In this document: piece after piece, positions 50,901 through 60,462 of the stretch
How the letters are laid out: each line of letters opens with the position of its first letter
Numbering within the stretch: position 1 is the first letter of the stretch
From: Squalus acanthias
Taxonomy: Eukaryota
Length of the DNA: 64,000 nucleotides
Assembly: GCA_030390025.1 (NCBI GenBank)
Contig: CM059431.1
Coordinates: forward strand, 139,378,001 to 139,442,000
Reading direction: 5' to 3'
Program-made: the position numbers and the translations under genes
Notes under the pieces: model-generated
Database searches by the model: none
What the model was told of the DNA's origin: nothing
What the model saw: only the letters and a program-made list of their open reading frames with translations

Positions 50901-51349
50901 TAACAGTGGCGGTCCAAAGCTAGAAACAGTGAAGGTCCAAAGCTAGAAACAGTGGAGGTCCAAAGCTAGAAATAGTGAAGTTCCCAATCTAGAAACAATG
51001 GAGTTCCAAAGCTAGAAACAGTAAAGATCCAAAACTAGAAACATTGACGGTCCAAAGCTAGAAACAGTGGTGTTCCAAAGCTTGAAACAGTGGAGGTCCA
51101 AAGCTTGAAACAGTGAAGATCCAAAGCTAGAAACACTGGTGGTCCAAAGCTTGAAACAGTGGAGGTCCAAAGCTTGAAACCGTGAAGGTCCAAAGCTAGA
51201 AACAGTGAATGTCCAAAGCTAGAAAGACTGGAGGTCCAAAACTTGAAACAGTGGAGGTCCAAAGCTAGAAATAGTGGAGGTCCAAAGAGAATTTGCGGTC
51301 CATGTTCATCGATCGTTAAAATTTCATGGACAGTTACAGACACGAATCA

Positions 51350-51663
51350 AATAGGCTAATGAAATGCTCACCTTTCTTCCTTAAGACTAGAATTCAAGGG
51401 GGTAGAAGTTATGCTACATCCAAACGAAACCCTCGTTCGGCCAAACCTGGGGAACTGTGTTCAGTTCTGGGCAACACACCTTAGGAAGGACATATCGGCC
51501 ATGGAGGAATTGTTAATGTTAATTTTAAATCTTAAAGTGACAGATTTATATTATATGGGGTAAAGTCGGGTATATGGAGTTAGCTTACAGATCAGCCAAT
51601 ATCTCATTGAATGGCGCAACAGGCTCGAGGGGCCAATTACCTATTATTTCTCCTATGTTCCTA
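51350..51663 (+). mobile_element. Highly decayed CR1-clade LINE 3' fragment with an internal deletion
   Basis: 51,350-51,510 resembles the ORF2 C-terminal block (ANEML...KGVEVML...LVRPNLGNCVQFWATHLRKDI). It then jumps to a 3' end (ATCAGCC..ATCTCATTGAATGGCG..ACAGGCTCGAGGGGCC..TCCTATGTTCCTA) similar to the ends at 58,380-58,455 and 62,840-62,923. Confidence 0.8.
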
Positions 51664-51780
51664 GCAGGAAGCCGATACCATTCTTATAACCATGATTACT
51701 ATCAGATGTAACAACTGAGGAAATATTGCAACATGGATTGTCATTTGTGCAGTGCGTTATCAAAGCAAATTTTGTTTCAC

Positions 51781-54700
51781 TCATAAGATCATAGAATCAT
51801 AGAAGTGTGCAGCACCGAAGGAGGTCCATCGAGTCTGCGCCGGCTCTTTCAAAGAACAATCATGTTAGGCCCACTCCCCCGCTCTTTCCCGATATCCCTG
51901 CAATTTTGTCTCCTTCAAGTACTTTCCCAATACGCTTTTGAAGGCTACTATTGAATCTGTATCCACACCCTATCAGGCAGTACATTCCAAATACAAACCA
52001 CTCGTTGCGAAAAAAGATTTTTCCTCAAGTAGATTCTATTTATTTTTTCAATCACATTTAATCTGACCCCTCTGGTTATCGACCCTTCAGCCATTGTAAA
52101 CAGTTACTTTCCATTTACTCTATCTGAACCCTTCATGATTTTAAACACCTCGATGAAATCTCCTCTTGTCCTTCTCTGCTCAAAGGAGAACAAACCCAGC
52201 TTCCACAGTCTAACCACGCAACTGTATATCCTTTATCCCTGGAGCCGTTCTAGTAAATCTCTGCTGTGTCCTCTCCAAATTCACGTCATTCCGAAAGTGC
52301 TTTTCCCAGAATTGGATACAGTTCTCCAACTGGGGCCGACCTGGTGTTTTATACAGGTTTAGAATAACTTCTTGGCTTGTGTACTCCATGGCTCTATTTA
52401 TACAGCTAAGGATCCCTTGTCCTTTATTAATTGCTTTGTTAACTTGTCCAGTCCAACCATTTGTGAAAACTCCCCCAGGTCTCTATGTTCTTGCACCCCC
52501 TTTAACATTGTACCGTTTAGTATGTATGGTCTCCCCTCATCCTCGTACCAAATTGTTTCACCTCAGACTTCTTTCCGCTGAATTTTATCTGTCATGTTAC
52601 CGTCCTTCCACCAGTCTGTCTATGTTCTCTTGAAGTCTAAAACTATCTTCCTAACTGTTTACTACATTTACAAGTTTCGTGCTATCTGAAAATATCGAAA
52701 TTGTACCCAGTACCTCCAAATCCAAGTCATTAATGTGAATCAAAAACAACAATGGCCCCAGTTCTGAACCTTGGGGAACGTCACTCTACACCTCCCATCA
52801 GTGCTCAAAACAACCATTCACCACAACTCTCTACTTTCTGTCTCTTAGTCAGTTTTTTTATTCATGCTGCCAGTGTCTCTTTTATCCCTTGGGCTTCATT
52901 TTTGCTAACAATCCTAATTATTGGTATTTTTTTTCAAACGCGTTTTGGAATTCCATATACACAGCATCAACTGCACTGTCCTCATCAACCCTCTCTGTTA
53001 CCTCTTCAAACAACTTAATCAAGTTGTTAAAACACGATTTGCCCTTAATAAGTCGGTGCTCGGTCTCCTTTATTATTCCACGCTTGTCTAAGTAGCTACT
53101 AATATTCTCCCGGATTATTGTTTCTAAAACCTTCCCCGCCATCGACCTAAAACTGACTGGTGTGCAATTGCCAGGTTTATTTTTCTCCCCTTTTTGTACA
53201 ATGGTGTAAGATTTGCAATCGTCCAGTCCTTTTTGGCAGCACCCCGTCTCTCAGAAGGATTGGAAGATTGTGGCGAGCTCCTCCGCAATTCCTACCCTTA
53301 CTTCCCTCAGCATCCTAGGATGCATCCCAGCCAGACCGGGTCACTTATCCACTCTAAGTACCGCCAGCCTTCCTAGTACCGCATCTTTATCTATTTTTAT
53401 CTCACCCAGTGTTCCAGCAGCCTCCTCGTTTACCATATCTTTGTTAAAGTCCTCTTCCTTGGTAAACACCGATGCAAAGTATTAATTTACTACCTCAGCC
53501 ATGCCTTCTGCCTCCAACGATAGTTCTCCATTTTGGTCTCTAATCGGCCCCACTGGTCCTCTGACAACCCTTTTACTGTCAATATGCCTATAGATGAATT
53601 TTGCATTCCCTTTTATGTTAGTCACCATTCTATTCTTGTACTGTCTCTTTGCTCCTCTTATATCCTTTTTCAAATCTCCTCTGAAGCTTTTTATATTCAG
53701 CCTGAATCCCCTTGTATTATCAAGCTGACACCTGTCAGACGCCCACTTTTCTGTTCCATACTACTCTCTAACAACCTCGTCATCCAGTGAACTCTGGCTT
53801 TGGTTGTCCTTCCTTTCCCACTTGTAGGAATGTATCTAGAATGTTCCCGAACCATCTCCTCTTTAAAGGCCGCCCATTGCTCCATTACATTTCTGCCTGT
53901 CAATATTAGACTCCACTTTACCCGGGACAGATCCCTCCTCAGTTCGCTGAGAGTAGCCCTTCCGCAGTTAAGGTTCTTTTCAATTCTAGATTGTACCTTA
54001 TCCTTCTCCATAACGAATCTACATCTTATGATATAATTATCACTCTTCGTGAGATTCACTCAAACTGTAACATTCTCCACTTGACAAAATTCATTCCCCA
54101 GGATTACTTCCAGCAATGCTTCATTTTTCATTGGGCAGGAAACATACTGATCAATAAAGTTCTCCTGCAAACACTTCAGAAATTCCTCCCGTTCACTGCC
54201 CGTAACACAATCACTGCCCCATTCAATAATGGGTTAGTTAAAGTTTCTCATTGTCACTTGGCTATAGTTCTTGCGCAGCTGAGTAATTTATTTTCCAAAT
54301 CTGCTCCTCAAACTCATTCAGCAGAACCGCATTCCTAGTTCTACTTATGTCCCTGCTTCCTACTTGGATCATGTAAACTGGATCCTCCCACTCCCACTCA
54401 AAATTCTTCTCCAGCCGCGAGGAGATATCCTTAACCCTGGCACCGGGCTGGCAACAAAGCCTATGGAACTCGCTGTCGCAGCTACAAGGAGCAGAAGCAA
54501 TCCTCCTGACGATACTGTCCCCTAACACTGCAACATTCCTTTTCACTCCCCCGCACTTGAATGGCTTCCTGTGTCATGGTGCCGTTGTCAGTTTGTTCAT
54601 CCACCCTGCAGACTTTGCCCGCATGCACAAAGGCAGCAAGAACCTCATACCTGTTGGACAAGGGCACAGGCTAAGGCTCCTCCAGCAGTGCACCTGGTGT

Positions 54701-55240
54701 CCTCTTACCTGCCTGCATTGCAGTCACACACTCCCAGCCATGACCACTAACCAGACCTGTACCACTACCTAACCTAAGAGGTGCGACTACCTCCTGGATC
54801 AAATTGTCCATATAGCACTCCCCTTACCGGATGTCCCACAATGTCTGCACCTCAGACTCCTGCTCAACAGCTCTGAGCTGAAGTTCCTCAAGTTGCAGAC
54901 ACTTACCACAAATGTGGCTGTCCGGGATCACAATACTCTCCACTTACTCCCACAAGCTGCAGTTGCGGCATTCCACCTGCACTGCCCTCCCTTCAGAACC
55001 TTGTTTTATTTATATAGTGAACTAAAATGTATGCTTTTAATTATCTTAGCTTATAGTTTTGCTTTAGCTAATTGCTAGATCTAGTTTAAGTTCTATGTAG
55101 ATTAAATTAAATATTTACCTGTAACATAAAGCACTCCAAGTATTAAAGGCAAAATCAACACCTCCTTCCCCCTCTGTTCCGAATTCCCAAACTCTCCAAA
55201 TTCCCTAATTTAACACTCTGATTAAAAGCACTCTCTTAAA
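51781..55240 (-). mobile_element. Near full-length, inactivated CR1-clade LINE (5' UTR, ORF1, partial ORF2, 3' tail); 5' boundary uncertain
   Basis: Minus-strand tail (TTCTATGA)n at 51,781-51,804. RT fragments include GKSCFNNLIKLFEEVT...AVDAVYMEFQNAFEK (52,918-53,142), the tether region (53,482-54,059), and a degenerate endonuclease GDFNYP-like motif near 54,220-54,260. ORF1 remnants lie at 54,275-54,995. Many stops and frameshifts. Confidence 0.9.
54275..54995 (-). pseudogene. CR1 ORF1 remnant: zinc finger / leucine zipper plus the N-terminal half of an SGNH (GDSL-like) esterase
   Basis: Manual minus-strand translation of ~54,830-54,990 gives VECRNCSLWE*VESIVIPDSHICGKCLQLEELQLRAVEQESEVQTLWDIR (CxxC...CxxC plus coiled coil). 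The ORF track gives PLSNRYEVLA (54,482-54,667) and VAVLGDSIVRRI...CCQPGARVKDI (54,262-54,546), typical of CR1 ORF1p. Confidence 0.85.
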
Positions 55241-55287
55241 GAATACTCTGTACACATCACTTGGAAAGAAAAAGGTAACTTTCTAAT

Positions 55288-56028
55288 GGCCCAAAAATTG
55301 GTGTTGCTACGCGAGAGTACGCACTGTGTACTCTCGCGTATTCTGTCTCCAATAGCCGGTTTTCTGCATGCACTGCGCATGCGCTGAAAACCGGCGCTTG
55401 GTGATTTCAAAAGGGAGCGGTTCCTAAGTGAACCGCGTGCACGCTACAGGCTGCGCGCACGCGGTGCACTTAGTGCTTTGAACGCGCAGGTAAGTATGGA
55501 AGATGTCACACATTAAGAAAGGAGGTGTAAGACCCTCTTTTAACAAGATAAGTAGTGAATTAAGTATTATTTTGAATTTTTTTCAAAAGGTATATCTTTT
55601 TTAGAGACTTTAAAGACAGGTAAGTTTATTTTTATAACTTTTTAAAAGATTTTAAATTTTTTCAAAAATTAAATTTTTTGTTTAATATGGTTAATTTATT
55701 TAACTATACTTATTTTATTAATGTGATGGTTTTTTTAAATTTAATTGAGGTTTAGCTGTTCTTTTGGGGGGGTATAGATTCATAGCTTTCACAGCACTTG
55801 ATGTGAAAGCTATGAATGAAAGATGGTGTGCTGCCATTGGCTCTAACTGAGTCACGTGATCCCACAGCTCACACGAATTAACTGCGCCTGTGGGATACGG
55901 AAGCACTGCCCAGCTGCTGTCCAGAACATCAAGTTCGTGCAAGCTGGGACTGAAAAAGCCAGCGCGCAGTGAGAGATCGTGGGGAAGCATCACCCTCGCA
56001 CGAAGGCTCCCTCACTAATTTTTGGGCA
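55288..56028. mobile_element. ~740-bp non-autonomous DNA transposon (MITE-like), probably PIF/Harbinger superfamily
   Basis: The left end GGCCCAAAAATTGGTG (55,288-55,303) and right end CACTAATTTTTGGGCA (56,013-56,028) are inverted repeats matching 14/16. AAT flanks both sides (55,285-55,287 and 56,029-56,031). No transposase ORF. A 3-bp A/T-rich target duplication and GG-starting termini fit PIF/Harbinger. Confidence 0.7.
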
Positions 56029-56087
56029 AATATAGATTGAACGCCTAGCACAGGGCGACTTTCCATTACAACTGTGATCTCTGGTTC

Positions 56088-56880
56088 CATTAGGAATATA
56101 AGAACAGGAGTAGGCCAATGAGCTTCTCGAGACTGTTCCAACTTTCAATGTGATCATGGCTGATCTGCGACCTAACTCCACATACCCACTTTTTATCCAT
56201 ACCCATTAATACTGTTGGTTAACAAAAAGCTATCAATCTCCAATGTAAAATTAACAATTGACCCAGCATCAATTGCCCTTTAAGGAAGAGAGTTCTAAAC
56301 TTCTACTGCCTTTTGTCTGTAGAAGTTTTTTTCCTAATTTCACTCCTGAAAGGTCTGGCCATAATTTTGTGACTATGCCCCCTAATGCTAGAATCTCCAA
56401 CCAGCAGAAATAGTTGCTCTCTATTTACTCTATCTGTTCCCCTTAATATCTTAAAAACTTCGATAAGATTAACCCTTAACCTTCTAAATTCGAGGGACTA
56501 CAACCCCAATTTGTGTAATCTCTCCTCGTGACTTAAACATTGAAGTCCGGGTATCATTCTGGTAAATCAACGATGCACTCCCTCCAAGTCCAATATATCC
56601 TTCCTAAGGTGTGGTGCCCAGAACTGCTCACAGTACTGCAGGTGTGGTCTAACTAGGTTTTTGTACAGCTGCATCATAACCTCTACCCCCTTGTATTCTA
56701 CTCCTCCAGATATAAAGGCAAGCATCCCATTAGCCTTTTTGATTATTTTCTGCACCTGTTCATGACATTTTAATGATCTATGAACCTGGACCCCCTCGTG
56801 TCTTTGGACCTGCACTATTTTTAGCTTTCACCATTTTGAAAATACCCGGTTCTATCCTTTTTAGCTCCAAAGTGGATGAC
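56088..56880 (-). mobile_element. 5'-truncated CR1-clade LINE (ORF2 C-terminus and 3' UTR)
   Basis: ORF 56,567-56,815 reads VHRSLKCHEQVQKIIKKANGMLAFI...LVRPHLQYCEQFWAPHLRKD. The reverse complement of the 3' end (AACAGGAGTAGGCCA...GATCATGGCTGATCT) lies at 56,100-56,167. Confidence 0.9.
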
Positions 56881-58830
56881 TATTTGGATTTTCAGAAGGC
56901 CTTTGATAAAGTCCCACATAAGAGGTTAGTGTGCAAAATTAAATCGCATGGGATTGGGGGAAATATACTGGCATGGGTTGAAAATTGGTTAACAGACAGG
57001 AAACAGAGAGTAGGAATAAATGGGTCTTTTTCGGGATGGCTGGCGGTGACTAGTGGGGTACCGCAATTTTTAGTGCTGGGCCCCAGCTATTCACAATGTA
57101 TATCAATGATTTGGATGAGAGAACCAAATGTAAAAATCCCAAGATTGCTGACGAGACGAAGCTTGGTGGGACTGTGAGTTGTGAGGAGGATGCAAAGAGG
57201 CTGCAAGGCGTTTTAGAAAAGTTGAGGGAGTGGTCAAATACATGCCAGATGCAGTATAACGTGGTTAAATGTGAAGTTATTCGTTTTGGTAGGAAAAAAC
57301 AGAAAGGCAGAGTATTATTTAAATTGTGGAAGATTGGGAAATGTTGATGTACAGAGGGAACTGGGTGTCCTTGTACACCAGTCACTGAAAGCAAACATGC
57401 AGGTGCAGTAAGCAGTTAGGAAGGCAAATGGAATGTTGGCCTTCATTGCAAGATGATTTGAGTACAGGAGCAAGGATGTCACACTGCAGTTATACAGGGC
57501 CTTGGTGAGAAAACACCTGGAGTACTGTGTGCAGTTTTGGTCTCCTTACCTAAGAAAGGATGTACTTGCCAAAGAGGGAGTGCAGCGAAGGTTCACCAGA
57601 CTGATTCCTGGGATGGCAAGACTGTCGCACGAGGAGGGATTGGGTCGACTAGGCCTTTATTCACTAGAATTGAGAAGAATGAGAGTGGAGCTCATTGAGG
57701 ATCTCATTGAGGAACTCATTTGGAAAAGGGGAGGTGCAACGAGATCTGGGAGTCCGTGTGCACCAGTCGCGCAAGGTAAGCATGCAGGTGCAGCAGGCGG
57801 TTAAGAAGGCAAATGGTATGTTGGCCTTAATAGCGAGAGGATTCGAGTACAGGAGCAAGGATGTCTTGCTACAGTTGTACAAGGCCTTGGTGAGACCACA
57901 CCTTGAGTATTGTGTGCAGTTTGGTTGCCTTATCTGAGGAAGGATGTTCTTGCCATGGAGGGAGTGAAGCGAAGATTTACCAGCCTGATACCTGGGGTGG
58001 CAGGAATGACGTATGAAGAGAGATTGGGTAGATTGGGCTTATATTCGCTAGAGTTTTGAAGAATGAGAGGGGATCTCATTGAAACTTATAAAATTCTAAC
58101 AGGACTAGACAGACTAGATGCAGGAAGGATGTCCCCGATGGCGGGGGAGTCCAGAACCAGAGGTCACAGTCTAAGGATAAGGGATAAGCCATTTCGGACT
58201 GAGATGAGGAGGAATTTCTTCACCCAGAGAGTGGTGAACCTGTGGAATTCTCTACCAGAGAAGGCAGTTGAAGCCAATTCATTAAATATGTTCAAGAAGG
58301 AGATAGATATATGTCTTAAGGCTAAAGGGATAGACGGATATGGGGAGAAAGCAGGGACAGGGTACTGAATTGGATGATCAGCCATGATCTCATTAAATGG
58401 CGGAGCAGGCTCGAGGGGCCGAATGGCCTACGCCTGTACCTATCTTCTATGCTTCTGTGAAACGTATAACATTCTGACAGGGCTAGACAGATTGAATGCA
58501 GGGAGGACGATTCCCCTGGCTAAGGGTTCTAGAACGTGTGGTCACAGTCTCAGGATACGGGGTAGGACATTTAGGACTTAGTTGAGGAGAAATATCTTCA
58601 CTCAGAGGGTGGTGAACCTATGGAATTCTCTACCACAGAAGGCTGTGGAGGACCAATCACTGAATATATTTAAGAAGGAGATAGATAGATTTCTAGACAG
58701 AAAGTCATCAAGGGGTATGGGGAGAGAGCGGGAATATGGTATTGAGATAGAGGTTCAGCCATGATCGTGTTGAAGGGCGGAGCAGGCTCCAAGGGCCGAA
58801 TGGCATACTCCTGCTCCTATTATTCTACGG
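56881..58830 (+). mobile_element. 5'-truncated CR1-clade LINE 'A', split into 56,881-57,698 and ~58,459-58,830 by a nested CR1 insertion
   Basis: Starts with YLDFQKAFDKVPHKRL, then GVPQ, and YINDLD..KIADETK (degenerate FADD). It breaks at ...ELRRMRVELIE, resumes with ETYNILTGLDRLNAGR at 58,459, and ends with GGCCGAATGGCATACTCCTGCTCCTAT. Confidence 0.85.
57721..58458 (+). mobile_element. 5'-truncated CR1-clade LINE 'B' nested within element A
   Basis: Reads GKGEVQRDLGVRVHQS...LVRPHLEYCVQF, then MRGDLIETYKIL...RRNFFTQRVVNLWNSLP (58,063-58,368), followed by its own 3' UTR and tail TTCTATGCTTCTGTG at ~58,445-58,459. Confidence 0.88.
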
Positions 58831-58871
58831 TTATTTTTCTAACATCGTTCCTGCAATTTGTTGTTGTTTTT

Positions 58872-60462
58872 TTAAAAGTGGATAAATCCCCAGGCCCAGA
58901 CGAAATGTATCACAGGCGGCTGTGTGAGGCAAGAGAGGAGATTGCAGGGGCTCTGACACAAATTTTCAGATCCTCTCTGGTCACAGGGGAGGTGCCAGAG
59001 GACTGGAGAACAGCTTACGTAGTACCATTATTCAAGAAGGGCAGTAGGGAAAAACAAGGGAATTACAGGCCAGTGAGCCTAACATCAGTGGCAGGGAAAT
59101 TATTGGAATAAATTCTGAGGGACAGAATTAGTCTCCACTTGTAGAGGCAAGGATTAATCAAGGATAGTCAGCATGGCTTTGTCAGGGGGAGATCATGTCT
59201 GACCAATTTGATTGCATTTTTAGAGGACGTGACTAGGTGTGTGGATGAGGGTAGTGCAGTTGATGTGGTCTACATGGACTTCAGTAAGGATTTTGACAAA
59301 GTCCCGCATGGGAGACGGGTAAAGAAGGTAAATGCCCATGGGATCCAGGGCAACTTGGCACATTGGATTCAAAATTGGCTTAGTGTCAGGAGGCAGAGGG
59401 TGATGGTCGAAGGTTGTCTTTGTGACTGGAAGCCTGTGTCCAGTGGTGTACCACAGGGATCGGTGCTGGGTCTCTTGCTGTTTGTAGTTTACATTAATGT
59501 TTTAGATATGAATGTAGGAGGTATGATCAGTAAGTTTGCAGATGACACGAACATTGGTAGGGTGGTAAATAGCGAGGAGGGAAGCCTCAGGCTACAGGAC
59601 GAGAAAGACGGTTCGCTCTGATGGGCAGAACAGTGGCAAATGGAATTTAACCCTTAAAAGTGTGAGGTGATGCATTTTGGGAGGACTAACAAGGCAAGGG
59701 AATAGACAATGAATGGTAGGACCCTAGGAAGGACAGAGGATCAGAGGGACCTTGGTGTGCATGTCCATAGATCTCTGAAGGCAGCAGGACAGGTAGATAA
59801 GGTGTTTAAAAAGGCATGTGGTATACTTCCCTTCATTAGCCGAGGCATAGAATATAAGATCAGGGAGGTTATGATGGAGCTGTACAAAACGCTAGTTAGG
59901 CCAAAGCTGGAATACTGTGTGCAGTTCTGGTCGCCACACTATAGGAAGGATGTGATTGCATTGGAGAGGGTGCAGAGGAGATTCACCAGGATGTTACCTG
60001 GGCTGCAGCGCTTCAGCTATGAAGAGAGACTGGACAGGCTGGGGTGGTTGTCCCTAGAGCAGAGAAGCTGAGGGGGGACCTGATTGAGGTGTATAAAATT
60101 ACGAGGGGCATAGATAGGGTAGATAGAAAGGAACTTTTCCCCTCAGTAGAGGGGTCAATAACCAGGGGCACAAGTTTCAAGGTAAGGGGCAGGATGTTTA
60201 GAGGGGATTTGAGGGAAAACGTTTTCACCCAGAGGGTGTTTGGTATCTGGAACTCACTGCCTGAAAGGGTGGTAGAGGCAGGAACCCTCACAACATTCAA
60301 GAAGCATTTAGATGAGCACTTGAAACGCCATAGCATACAAGGCTACGTACCAAGTGCTGGAAAACGTGATTAAAATAGACAGGGCTTGATGGCCGGCGCG
60401 GACACGATGGGCCGAAAGGTCTCTTTCTGTGCTGTATAACTCTATGACTCTATGACTATGAC
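58872..60462 (+). mobile_element. 5'-truncated CR1-clade LINE 'C' covering the whole RT domain, inactivated by stops and frameshifts
   Basis: Motifs LKVDKSPGPDE, NYRPVSLTSV, YMDFSKDFDKVPH, GVPQGSVLG, KFADDT and FTQRVFGIWNSLP; tail (CTCTATGA)n at ~60,440-60,462. Confidence 0.93.

Larger units (their letters stand above)
1..51287 (+). repeat. 23-bp tandem satellite array, consensus AGCTAGAAACAGTG(A/G)AGGTCCAA, about 2,200 head-to-tail monomers; runs off the left edge of the window
   Basis: AGCT recurs at 1, 24, 47 and onward (23-bp period), continuing to ...GGAGGTCCAAAG at ~51,287. All monomers I read are in one orientation, with no non-satellite insertion seen. The consensus is 16/23 purine on the + strand and has no CpG. 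Confidence 0.99.

Noticed and set aside
1..51287. CRISPR array (23-bp repeats)
   Set aside because: Monomers are directly adjacent with no unique spacers, there are no cas genes, and the context is vertebrate LINEs.
2575..51343. Leu/Phe-rich (minus) and Lys/Ser-rich (plus) ORFs as repetitive proteins
   Set aside because: They are chance stop-free translations of a 23-bp unit, which is not a multiple of 3 and carries CTAG (a TAG stop on both strands) in nearly every monomer. They recur only because the HOR recurs.
54262..54546. Host GDSL/SGNH lipase gene
   Set aside because: It sits between the CR1 zinc finger and ORF2, is truncated and frameshifted, and is the known CR1 ORF1p esterase domain.
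52135..55078. Plus-strand ORFs of 60-115 aa
   Set aside because: They are antisense to the minus-strand CR1 and show no independent coding signal.
55222..56181. Short minus-strand ORFs, or a tRNA/known ncRNA in the hairpin region
   Set aside because: No recognisable protein motif, cloverleaf, or known RNA family signature. Terminal repeats and target duplication explain the region better as a DNA element. An Rfam/Infernal search was not possible.
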